21,438 nucleotides of DNA from Candidatus Bathyarchaeia archaeon (lineage in GTDB: Archaea > Thermoproteota > Bathyarchaeia > 40CM-2-53-6), in the NCBI GenBank assembly GCA_049517415.1, contig JBEKSC010000033.1, positions 1 through 21,438 on the forward strand, written 5' to 3'. The notes below the pieces were generated by a model. That model was not told the origin of the DNA and searched no databases. It was given only the letters and a program-made list of their open reading frames with translations. Below are positions 7,141-15,380 of the stretch, one piece after another. A program made the position numbers and the translations under genes. Each line of letters starts with the position of its first letter. Positions within the stretch are counted from its first letter, which is position 1.

Positions 7141-7986
7141 CTAGAATGTTTTCAGCTTCTGTAACCTCGTGTGAATCCATTTTGCAACTTCGTCCTCGCT
7201 CATCGATTCAGCCACATATTGTTCCCTAACCTTCTCTTCCACCGTTTTGATTAGCTCTTTCTCGTTGATTGGTTTCAGAAGGTATGCGTCTGCGCCAAAG
7301 TTCAGGGAATCCATCGCGTTCTTCAGCGTACCGTGGGATGTCATCATGACTTTCATCATTTTGGGTGTGACGGTGTGCATCTTCTTCAAGAGTTCTGTGC
7401 CTTCCATATCAGGGAGCTTGATATCTAACAGGGCGAGGTTGAACGTTCTGGTCCTCGATTTCTCCATTGCTTCTTTCGCCGTCTCAGCTGTTTCAATCAA
7501 GTAGCCTTTGGACCCCAAGACTTCTCCAAGAGTTTCCCGGATGATCTCATCGTCGTCTACGATCAGAATGGTTGCTTGCTCCACGCCAGCAACACCCCGG
7601 GACGACGAAGACAGAGCCTCTTTTCCAGTTAGTATGGTTGAGTCCGCATCTGTTCCAGATGCGATTGCGTCCGGTCGACCTAGCGGCACCGCAGAGGTCC
7701 TTGTTTCGAGACTTATCGTTCGTACCGTGAGAGAGGTATCAATCTTTTTTTGTTCGTTGGAGGGCGTTTGGTGGGCAGGCTTTCGAAGTAATGACTTGTT
7801 TTCCAGAAATTTGAAGGTTCTCCAGAAATTCGAGAGATCTTTTCCGCATTTATCACATACTCTGGTGTCTAGCTGTATGGGCCCTTTTCCGCAAAATGGG
7901 CAGAGCACTGACTCAGTCGAAACTACCCCGCTCCTACAGAATCGATTAATTACCGGATTACGCGCGCTAAAGCTTTTTCCTACCAC
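7141..7986 (-). CDS. response regulator: N-terminal zinc ribbon, linker, receiver domain and short C-terminal helix
   Basis: CPFCG...CDKCG at the N-terminus. Receiver ILIVDDD...LALLDIKLPDMEG...MTS...YLLKPIN. Tail SEDEVAKWIHTRLQKL. GTG start has GGTGAGG 4 nt upstream. Confidence 0.9.
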   Translation of the reverse strand: MVGKSFSARNPVINRFCRSGVVSTESVLCPFCGKGPIQLDTRVCDKCGKDLSNFWRTFKFLENKSLLRKPAHQTPSNEQKKIDTSLTVRTISLETRTSAVPLGRPDAIASGTDADSTILTGKEALSSSSRGVAGVEQATILIVDDDEIIRETLGEVLGSKGYLIETAETAKEAMEKSRTRTFNLALLDIKLPDMEGTELLKKMHTVTPKMMKVMMTSHGTLKNAMDSLNFGADAYLLKPINEKELIKTVEEKVREQYVAESMSEDEVAKWIHTRLQKLKTF

Positions 7987-8221
7987 TGGACCTCACCAAT
8001 TTGCGCGGTGTATCAGGAGTACTTTATCTCCGTTAAGTTGGAGAAAGCAAGCCACTTGGTCAGGGTGTTAGATGGGCTGTCCCGGAGCAGGTAGCACTCC
8101 TGCGTTAGTGCTCAAGATTGCTTTGTTTACTCCGGCATTGATACGAGTCCGGCGGAATCTTGAATCTAGTCGGGAAAAATCAAGTTTTTCAAGCGCGCCT
8201 CTTCTTCTTGGAATGGTTTCA

Positions 8222-8428
8222 ATGGGCAAAGTGGCCAAAGGGCAGAAGTGTGCTGTCGTTGGTTGTGCTGACCAAGCTATGCGATCAATATCTACCGAGA
8301 AGGTTTCGCATAGTGGACTTAACATTGGAAGTGCGCGTAGGGCTTATCTGTGCAAGACCCATTATCGGGAATTTAAGAAGCTCACACGCAAAGACCGTCA
8401 ACTCGATAAGTGGCGATTCTCAACCTAA
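8222..8428 (+). CDS. small basic archaeal hypothetical protein with Cx4C...CxxH zinc-binding motif
   Basis: MGKVAKGQKCAVVGCADQAMRSIS...AYLCKTHYREFKK resembles, from recall, a small conserved protein of Thaum/Bathyarchaeota. The real start is likely ATG 8222 (or 8213), not 8072. Confidence 0.75.
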   Translation: MGKVAKGQKCAVVGCADQAMRSISTEKVSHSGLNIGSARRAYLCKTHYREFKKLTRKDRQLDKWRFST

Positions 8429-8482
8429 TGCAACTTTATCAAACAGACTGAATGCATCATATTTTGATGAGTGTGGGATCCC

Positions 8483-10330
8483 ATGAGACTCTTACTGCTT
8501 CACTGCGATTCATTTGAGTACGAAGTCCGCCAAACCGCCGTCAAAACCCCTGAACCTCTAGAGGACAACCAAGCTGGCAAGTTTGAGAACGTTCTTGTGG
8601 CCTTTTCAACCATCGAGAAGGAAGATGAACAGAATCCCGCTGAGGTTGTCAGGAAAGCAACCGAATCAATCGCTGAAGTGGCAAGGTCCGTAAAGACGAA
8701 CCGCATCCTAGTTTACCCTTACGCCCACCTCTCAAGCAGTCTCGCTTCCGCTACCGTCGCGATCTCAATTCTGCAACAATGCAGCGAATCCCTGAAGGAA
8801 ATGAACTTCGAGGTTCACCGCAGTCCCTTCGGATACTACAAGAGCTTTAGCCTTCACTGTCTAGGCCATCCTCTATCCGAATTGTCCCGAACAATAAGGT
8901 CTGACCAGGCTAAGGCAGAGCCTGCACCTATTCGGACTTACTATAAGGTTCTGGCACTGGACGGCAACCTCTACGAACCCGAGGAGTACACCTACAAGCC
9001 CGGCGAAGAGGAGTTCCGGATCCTTGTCGAAAAAGAAGCCCTCAAGAGAGGGTTGCCCGGCGGAGAACCCCACTTCCTCGAATACTGCAAAAAGTTTGGA
9101 ATCGAGTGGGAGAACCTCTCCGATGTAGGCCACATGCGTTACAGCCCTGACGGGGTAATGCTCTTCGACCTCGTCAGTGAGTATTCTTGGACCGCAGTCA
9201 ATTCTGTTGGACTACCGATTCTCCAAGTCAAAGGCACGAACATGTTCGACCTCGCTGTCCCGGCGGTTAAAGAGCACGCAGATTTGTTCGGCTCTAGGCT
9301 CTACAGGCTTGAGGTGGAGAACAAGAGTCTCGTAATGAGGTACGCTGCATGCCATCAGCAATTTGCAGCCGTCAGGAATTGGACCCTTAGCTACAGACAC
9401 TTACCGTTCGGCACGTTCGAGGTGGCAGACTCATACCGCCTCGAGCAAAGCGGAGAATTGCTCCTTATGTTCAGGCTCAGAAAACTGCACATGCCCGACT
9501 GCCACATTTACTGTAAGGATATCGAGGACGCAAAGAGCGTCACGCTCAAGTTACACGATAAAATCTACCAAGAAATCGGAAAAGTAGGCAGGGACTACGT
9601 ATCGGTGTATAACATAACCCAAAGCTTCCTTGACGCACACAAAGATTACGTAATGAAGCTGGTGAAGCGTGAAGGAAAGGCAGTCCTCCTCAACTTTGTT
9701 CCTGAGGGCATATACTACTGGGTTCTCAACATCGAGTACCATATAATCGACGAGCTTGAGAGGCCCAGGGAGATAGCGACCTTTCAAATAGACATAGGCA
9801 ATGCAAAGCGTTTTGGCATCTCGTATGTCGATGAGAATGGTGTCAAAGAATTTCCGCCCATAATTCACACTGCAATTATTGGCTCGATTGAGCGCTACCT
9901 TTTCACAGTCTTGGACCAATGTGCGAGAATCGAAAGACAAGGTGGCAAACCGAGCCTGCCACTGTGGTTGTCGCCAACCCAAGTCCGCCTCATTCCCGTC
10001 AAACCTGAGTTCGTTGATTATGCCATCAAACTCATCGACCAATTGGCATCATCGAACATCAGAGCCGACGTGGATGACCGAGACGAAAGTATGGATAAAC
10101 GTGTGCGCGATGCGGAACTGAGCTGGGTCCCCTACATCGGAGTAGTAGGCAAGCGTGAGGTCGACGGAGGTACCGTTGCAATTCGCCGCCGTGCGGATGG
10201 AAAACAATACAATACTCAACTCCCTGACCTGCAGAAGGAAATTGCCTCTTCAACCGCAGGGTACCCCGCGATTCCGTTGAAGCTTCCGGTTAGGGTGACT
10301 CAAAGGCCAGGTTACAAGCAACTCAACTGA
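8483..10330 (+). CDS. thrS: threonyl-tRNA synthetase, archaeal type
   Basis: N-terminal archaeal editing domain (MRLLLLHCD, YPYAHLSSSLA, RSPFGYYKSF..CLGHPLSELSR). Class II core (RYAACHQQF, SYRLEQSGE, HMPDCH, IHTAIIGSIER). Anticodon domain (LWLSPTQVRLIPV, DDRDES, WVPYIGVVG). Confidence 0.97.
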   Translation: MRLLLLHCDSFEYEVRQTAVKTPEPLEDNQAGKFENVLVAFSTIEKEDEQNPAEVVRKATESIAEVARSVKTNRILVYPYAHLSSSLASATVAISILQQCSESLKEMNFEVHRSPFGYYKSFSLHCLGHPLSELSRTIRSDQAKAEPAPIRTYYKVLALDGNLYEPEEYTYKPGEEEFRILVEKEALKRGLPGGEPHFLEYCKKFGIEWENLSDVGHMRYSPDGVMLFDLVSEYSWTAVNSVGLPILQVKGTNMFDLAVPAVKEHADLFGSRLYRLEVENKSLVMRYAACHQQFAAVRNWTLSYRHLPFGTFEVADSYRLEQSGELLLMFRLRKLHMPDCHIYCKDIEDAKSVTLKLHDKIYQEIGKVGRDYVSVYNITQSFLDAHKDYVMKLVKREGKAVLLNFVPEGIYYWVLNIEYHIIDELERPREIATFQIDIGNAKRFGISYVDENGVKEFPPIIHTAIIGSIERYLFTVLDQCARIERQGGKPSLPLWLSPTQVRLIPVKPEFVDYAIKLIDQLASSNIRADVDDRDESMDKRVRDAELSWVPYIGVVGKREVDGGTVAIRRRADGKQYNTQLPDLQKEIASSTAGYPAIPLKLPVRVTQRPGYKQLN

Positions 10331-10344
10331 AGCGTGGATTTATC

Positions 10345-10356
10345 AAAGCTTATATT
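10345..10356 (+). promoter_or_regulatory. putative archaeal BRE/TATA element (AAAGCTTATATT)
   Basis: A purine-rich stretch followed by TTATAT about 40 bp upstream of ATG 10395. Position and consensus only. Confidence 0.5.
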
Positions 10357-10394
10357 TGGTTCGGCGAGTAGTTGCGACTTGCATGTGAATCTCG

Positions 10395-10697
10395 ATGAGT
10401 AAGGATCAGGGCTACGGCTTCGTGATCTTCATAATATCAGTTGTTGTGGCCATTGGTTACTTGGCAGCCTTCTTCGCTCCATACATTGGACTTCCGGCCG
10501 CCTGGCAGCAATGGACCATCGGAATACCAGTGCTACTATTCGTCCTCCTAGTTCTGGTCATATCTGCCTGGATTGGATGGACAATGCTGACTACGCCTCC
10601 ACCAGCCCCACTTGAGACTGAACCTACCCCAATCGCAAAAGAGACGCCCAGTAGAAGTACGCCCAGTAGAAGTCGAAGCAGGAAAAAGAAAGACTAG
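10395..10697 (+). CDS. small two-TM membrane protein with Pro-rich/basic tail
   Basis: Two hydrophobic helices followed by AWIGWTMLTTPPPAPLE, a pattern I recall from a conserved small archaeal membrane family. Candidate promoter upstream and T-rich tract downstream. Confidence 0.8.
   Translation: MSKDQGYGFVIFIISVVVAIGYLAAFFAPYIGLPAAWQQWTIGIPVLLFVLLVLVISAWIGWTMLTTPPPAPLETEPTPIAKETPSRSTPSRSRSRKKKD
10644..10673 (+). repeat. perfect 15-bp tandem duplication (ACGCCCAGTAGAAGT)x2 encoding TPSRS-TPSRS
   Basis: Read directly: copies at 10644-10658 and 10659-10673. Confidence 0.9.
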
Positions 10698-10714
10698 ACT
10701 ACGGTAAGCCATCC

Positions 10715-10726
10715 GTTTTCTTTTCT
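10715..10726 (+). terminator. possible archaeal oligo-T terminator (GTTTTCTTTTCT)
   Basis: T-rich tract about 20 nt after TAG 10697. Confidence 0.35.
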
Positions 10727-10791
10727 AGCCGACCGTCTGACGCTAGGTTACAACATATTTCCAACTACCTAGAAGCACGGAGAGGCGTCAA

Positions 10792-11604
10792 TTGGAAACT
10801 ATCCCACGACGAAACTTCAACCTTCACACCATTCTCAGTGAATTACGAACTCGCGAATTTGGTCGGACAATACAAATCTTAGACTCGTGCACTTCAACAA
10901 ATGACATAGCAGCTCAACTGGCTAGCTTTGGGGCCCCTCACGGCTACGTGGTATTAGCGGAAGAGCAAACGCAAGGGCGGGGGCGCTTGGGCAGAACTTG
11001 GGCATCACCGAGGGGCGGAATCTGGATGACCCTCGTTCTCCGGCCACCGATTCGCGTTGACCTCTTAGACGGGCTCCCTCTAATCGGTGCCATAGCCGTT
11101 GCCAAAGCTATCAACTCAAGCCTCAACACACAAGCGAACGTTCGGTGGCCTAATGATGTTGTCATAGCTCAGCGCAAGATTGCAGGAATCCTAGCTCAAA
11201 CGAAATTCAAGGGGAATGAAATGCTGTATGCACTTCTAGGCCTTGGGATTGACGCAAATTTCCATTCAAATGCTCTCAACGTAGTGACTCTTACTTTGAC
11301 AACGCTTCTTGATCAACTGGGTTCACCTGTAGACAGGGAGGAATTGGTTTGCTCGCTGCTTCTGGAACTCGAATATATTTACGAGATGGCGAACAGCAAC
11401 CGTGAAGATGAGTTGATGGAATCATTGCGCAAACTAGATTGCTCGCGTGGAAGGAAAATGAAAATCGAAACTGAGAATCAAAAGGTTCTTGGAGTATTCC
11501 AGGATTACGATTCATTGACAAGCGTTCGTGTCGCAACACCAGAGGGAAAGCTTGTTCATCTCGAAACCGGTTCAGTAGTATTCGTGGAATACCTAGGCGC
11601 TTAA
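10792..11604 (+). CDS. birA: biotin--[acyl-CoA carboxylase] ligase, monofunctional (no N-terminal HTH)
   Basis: CTSTND, AEEQTQGRGRLGRTW, RWPNDV and KIAGIL motifs. Adjacent to a biotin carboxylase operon. TTG start uncertain. Confidence 0.93.
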   Translation: METIPRRNFNLHTILSELRTREFGRTIQILDSCTSTNDIAAQLASFGAPHGYVVLAEEQTQGRGRLGRTWASPRGGIWMTLVLRPPIRVDLLDGLPLIGAIAVAKAINSSLNTQANVRWPNDVVIAQRKIAGILAQTKFKGNEMLYALLGLGIDANFHSNALNVVTLTLTTLLDQLGSPVDREELVCSLLLELEYIYEMANSNREDELMESLRKLDCSRGRKMKIETENQKVLGVFQDYDSLTSVRVATPEGKLVHLETGSVVFVEYLGA

Positions 11605-11710
11605 GTTCGCGCATAAGCCATTCAGGGTAGTTCGGCGTGGACTCTGCCACAGGCTAATAAGCGATGACCCGGCTGAATAAAGACTCCTTAACCAACCTGG
11701 TCGACAGAGA

Positions 11711-13273
11711 TTGAAAGAACCCGAATCGAACATTAAGAAAAAAATTGACCACCTGCACGAACTCAGGGAAAAGGCAGCACTCGGAGGTGGGAAGGAGCGG
11801 GTGGATGATCAACATGCGAAGGGCAAACTCACTGCTCGCGAAAGAATAGGCTTACTGCTAGATTCAGAAAGTTTCGTTGAACTGGACCGATTCGCCATGA
11901 CACCAAACGTCACCCCTGGAGGAGAGGACCGTCGGATTCTAGGCGACGGCGTTGTTACGGGTCATGGTACAATAGACGGCCGTCCCGTCTACGTGTTTGC
12001 TCATGACTTCACGGTATTTGGAGGTTCCCTCGGAGAAACTTTTGCAATGAAAGTTTGCAAGGTCATGGACAGCGCGATGAAGGTCGGTGTTCCTATAATC
12101 GGATTGAACGATTCTGGCGGAGCGCGGATTCAGGAGGGTGTGGTAAGTCTTGGGGGGTATGCAGAGATATTCTACCGAAATGTTCTGGCCAGCGGCGTCG
12201 TTCCCCAAATCTCGGCCATAATGGGTCCATGCGCGGGAGGGGCTGTGTATTCTCCAGCACTTACCGACTTTGTGATCATGGTCGACAAAAGCAGCTACAT
12301 GTTTGTCACAGGACCCGATGTTGTCAAGTCTGTACTCAACGAAGATGTTACTTTCGAGGCCCTCGGAGGAGCATCTGCCCACAGTCAAATCTCCGGCGTT
12401 TCACATTTCTTTGCCGCAGATGAATCTGCCGCAATACAAATGATCAAAGCAGTGCTCTCCTACCTACCACAAAATAACCTCGAAGACCCACCTATCATTA
12501 AGACAGGCGATGACCCGAACAGGATGGACCGCGAACTCACCTCTATTGTCCCATCAGACCGGGACCGCCCATACGACATAAAAGAGGTTGTTCAGAGGGT
12601 GATCGATCTAGGAACATTCTTAGAAGTGCAAGCTTTGTGGGCACAGAACATCGTGGTAGGGTTCGGTCGCTTGGACGGCCGGAGCGTTGGCGTGGTTGCG
12701 AACCAGCCTAAGCACTATGCCGGAGCGTTAGATAACAAATCCTCCATGAAGGCAGCTCGATTCATCCGGTTCTGTGACTCATTCAACATTCCAATTCTTA
12801 CTTTTGTTGATGTCCCAGGCTTCCTTCCGGGCATCGATCAAGAACACTCAGGCGTCATCAAGAACGGGGCTAAACTACTCTTCGCCTACTGTGAAGCCAC
12901 AGTTCCTAAACTCACGGTCATAATACGCAAAGCCTATGGAGGTGCGTATGACGTTCTCGGAAGCAAACACATTCGAGCAGACTTCAACTTCGCTTGGCCG
13001 ACTGCAGAGATAGCGGTCATGGGTCCTGAAGGTGCCATCAAAATTATCTACAGAAAGAAGATTGCGGATGACGCAGACCCAAGGCTGATCAACAGGTTGC
13101 TCGAGGATTATCGTGACAGGTTTGCGAATCCATACATCGCCGCGGAACGTGGTTACATAGATGACGTAATTGAACCGCAAGAAACACGCCCCCGGCTCAT
13201 TCGAGCATTAGAAGCGTCCCTGAACAAGCGTGAGCTTAGACCCCCCAAGAAACACGGTAACCCTCCGCTTTAG
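11711..13273 (+). CDS. pccB: acetyl/propionyl-CoA carboxylase carboxyltransferase (PccB-type beta) subunit
   Basis: GKLTARERI, HDFTVFGGSLG, DSGGARIQEG, GPCAGGAVYSPA, DVPGFLPG, RKAYGGAY and KKHGNPPL motifs. Confidence 0.93.
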   Translation: MKEPESNIKKKIDHLHELREKAALGGGKERVDDQHAKGKLTARERIGLLLDSESFVELDRFAMTPNVTPGGEDRRILGDGVVTGHGTIDGRPVYVFAHDFTVFGGSLGETFAMKVCKVMDSAMKVGVPIIGLNDSGGARIQEGVVSLGGYAEIFYRNVLASGVVPQISAIMGPCAGGAVYSPALTDFVIMVDKSSYMFVTGPDVVKSVLNEDVTFEALGGASAHSQISGVSHFFAADESAAIQMIKAVLSYLPQNNLEDPPIIKTGDDPNRMDRELTSIVPSDRDRPYDIKEVVQRVIDLGTFLEVQALWAQNIVVGFGRLDGRSVGVVANQPKHYAGALDNKSSMKAARFIRFCDSFNIPILTFVDVPGFLPGIDQEHSGVIKNGAKLLFAYCEATVPKLTVIIRKAYGGAYDVLGSKHIRADFNFAWPTAEIAVMGPEGAIKIIYRKKIADDADPRLINRLLEDYRDRFANPYIAAERGYIDDVIEPQETRPRLIRALEASLNKRELRPPKKHGNPPL

Positions 13274-13333
13274 TTCAAAAAACCTTGGTGTGATTACATA
13301 CTAGCCTATAGACTCCGTCAGGTGGCCTGACCA

Positions 13334-14830
13334 TTGAAGATGAAATTACTCATTGCCAATCGGGGCGAGATAGCCCTCAGAATCATCAGAACGTGCCGCA
13401 AGCTCGGCGTTCGCACTGTTCAGGTGTACTCAGACCCGGACCGAGACTCACTACCTCTTCGTTACGCTGATGAGAGGTATGCTCTGGGAGGGGCGACACC
13501 TGCGGAGAGCTACTTGAATATCGAAAAGCTTGTGCAGGCTGCCATCAAAACGGGTTGCGATGCCGTTCACCCAGGGTATGGCTTCTTGTCTGAAGAGAGT
13601 TCTTTCGTCAAAGCCTGCGAAGAGAACAACATCAACTTCATCGGTCCATCAAGCAACTCGCTGGAAAAACTTGGAAACAAATTATCAGCGAGAGACACTA
13701 TGCACCAAGCCGGAGTCCCCATAATCCCCGGTTCCGACAGAATAGTGAACGACGAGGAAGAGGCGGCAAGCGTCGCCGAGAGGATCGGGTATCCCGTCAT
13801 TTTGAAAGCAGTCTACGGCGGCGGTGGCAGGGGTATGAGAATTGCAAAAAACAATGATGAAACCCGACGATTCTTTAGAGTGACAAGACTTGAATCGCTC
13901 TCAGCTTTTGGAAGGGGAGATATCTACATTGAGAAAAGGCTTGTCAGCCCCCGCCATGTTGAGATCCAAGCAGTATGCGATAAACATGGGAAAGTCGTCA
14001 GCCTAGGCGAACGCGAATGCAGCATACAGCGTAGGCACCAGAAACTCCTAGAAGAGGCGCCTTCTGTTGCAGTAAACGAAGACCTCAGGCACCAGTTAAA
14101 CGAGGCGACTAAGAAGGGATTATCAGCTGCCGGATACACAAATGCAGGTACTGTGGAGTTTCTACTTGACAAGTCCGGAAGATTCTATTTCCTTGAGGTC
14201 AACAAACGACTTCAAGTCGAACATCTCGTAACCGAGATGACGACTAACATCGACCTCGTAGAAGAGCAATTGAAGCTTGCAACTACGTCAACACTCGAAC
14301 TCTCCCAGAATGAAATTCACATTGACGGGTGGGCGATTAATTGCCGAATAAACGCTGAGGATCCACGAAATTTCGCTCCCTCACCGGGCACCGTAATTCA
14401 CTATCAGCCGCCTGGGGGGCCGGGTGTTCGTGTTGATTCAGCCCTATTCTCAGGTTACACGATTCCCGAATACTATGATTCAATGGTTGCGAAACTGGCC
14501 ACTCGTGGTAGAGATCGCGAAGAAGCAATCCAACGCATGAAAGTCGCTCTAGACGAAATTGAGATCGCTGGGGTGCCGACCACGATACCAATGCACAGGC
14601 TTCTGATGCGCGATAGGGGTTTCATCCAGGGAGACTTCGACACAACTTATCTTAACAGCATCCTGCCGCAATTGAAATTGAACCTACTAAGGTTAGAGAA
14701 ATTCGCGGTTGTAGCTGCAGCCATGAGCAGAATAGGAATGAGAGCACGTGCCCCCGCGCATGAAGCGAATGAGAAATCAAAATGGCGCACTTGGGCGCGG
14801 GTGCACCATATGCTCGGCCACAGCGGGTGA
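13334..14830 (+). CDS. accC: biotin carboxylase subunit
   Basis: LIANRGEIA, HPGYGFLSE, GGGGRGMR, ERECSIQRRHQK, NKRLQVEH, RINAED and YYDSMVAKL motifs. Start TTG 13334 or ATG 13340. Confidence 0.95.
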   Translation: MKMKLLIANRGEIALRIIRTCRKLGVRTVQVYSDPDRDSLPLRYADERYALGGATPAESYLNIEKLVQAAIKTGCDAVHPGYGFLSEESSFVKACEENNINFIGPSSNSLEKLGNKLSARDTMHQAGVPIIPGSDRIVNDEEEAASVAERIGYPVILKAVYGGGGRGMRIAKNNDETRRFFRVTRLESLSAFGRGDIYIEKRLVSPRHVEIQAVCDKHGKVVSLGERECSIQRRHQKLLEEAPSVAVNEDLRHQLNEATKKGLSAAGYTNAGTVEFLLDKSGRFYFLEVNKRLQVEHLVTEMTTNIDLVEEQLKLATTSTLELSQNEIHIDGWAINCRINAEDPRNFAPSPGTVIHYQPPGGPGVRVDSALFSGYTIPEYYDSMVAKLATRGRDREEAIQRMKVALDEIEIAGVPTTIPMHRLLMRDRGFIQGDFDTTYLNSILPQLKLNLLRLEKFAVVAAAMSRIGMRARAPAHEANEKSKWRTWARVHHMLGHSG

Positions 14831-14840
14831 GATTGCTAAA

Positions 14841-15356
14841 ATGCACGCATACAGGATCCAACTCAACGAAAAGGCATACACTGTTGCAGTCGAGCAAACT
14901 GGAGAGCACGACTTCAAGGTAACAATTGACGACGAGACTTTCAACGTCGAATCGTTGGCCAACCAAGAGATTTCAACTTGGCTAGTCCAATCAGGCGATG
15001 ATTCAATCCGTGCCAGAACCAGAGTTCTGCCCGCCGACACAGTAGATGTCTGGCTTGGCGGAGCAGCATTCCAAGCTGCGGTTCGCGTCATTGGGGCTGG
15101 CGGTTATACGTTTGCATCACATGACCTAGGCGAAGGACGCGTAAGTGGGAGCATTAGGGCGCCCATGCCTGGCCGAATAACAAGCATTCTAGTCAAGGAA
15201 GGGGAGGCTGTAGAGACTGGAACACCACTCTTGCTCTTGGAGGCCATGAAAATGCAGAACGAGTTAACCTCTCCAATGGGTGGGCTGGTCAAAACGATTC
15301 ACGTTCGAGAAGGAGACGCGGTCAAGAAGGACTCGCTGTTATTGGTTGTGGGTTGA
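14841..15356 (+). CDS. accB: biotin carboxyl carrier protein with N-terminal beta-rich domain
   Basis: APMPGRI...LEAMKMQNEL biotinylation motif. ATG 14841 lies 10 nt after the accC stop, so it is preferred to 14748. Confidence 0.93.
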   Translation: MHAYRIQLNEKAYTVAVEQTGEHDFKVTIDDETFNVESLANQEISTWLVQSGDDSIRARTRVLPADTVDVWLGGAAFQAAVRVIGAGGYTFASHDLGEGRVSGSIRAPMPGRITSILVKEGEAVETGTPLLLLEAMKMQNELTSPMGGLVKTIHVREGDAVKKDSLLLVVG

Positions 15357-15380
15357 GACGCAAACACTTGGCCGCTGATG

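Noticed and set aside
6781..8071. Plus-strand ORFs 6781-7122, 6851-7105, 7247-7504 and 7508-8071
   Set aside because: Antisense to the Hpt and Zn-ribbon-receiver genes, with no motifs of their own.
8072..8221. N-terminal extension of the 118-aa ORF and the overlapping 8160-8486 ORF
   Set aside because: The protein-like, recognisable part starts at MGKV (8222). The upstream part is more plausibly the divergent promoter region.
7990..8482. T-box riboswitch or tRNA upstream of thrS
   Set aside because: No T-box consensus or cloverleaf seen, and T-boxes are a bacterial feature.
11615..11680. Possible stem-loops between birA and pccB (ATTCAG/CTGAAT, GTGG/CCAC)
   Set aside because: Stems are short and interrupted, and cannot be distinguished from chance without covariation data.
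11711..15356. Na+-translocating methylmalonyl-CoA decarboxylase or pyruvate carboxylase interpretation
   Set aside because: A biotin carboxylase is present, there is no membrane beta subunit, and the transferase is acyl-CoA type rather than pyruvate type.
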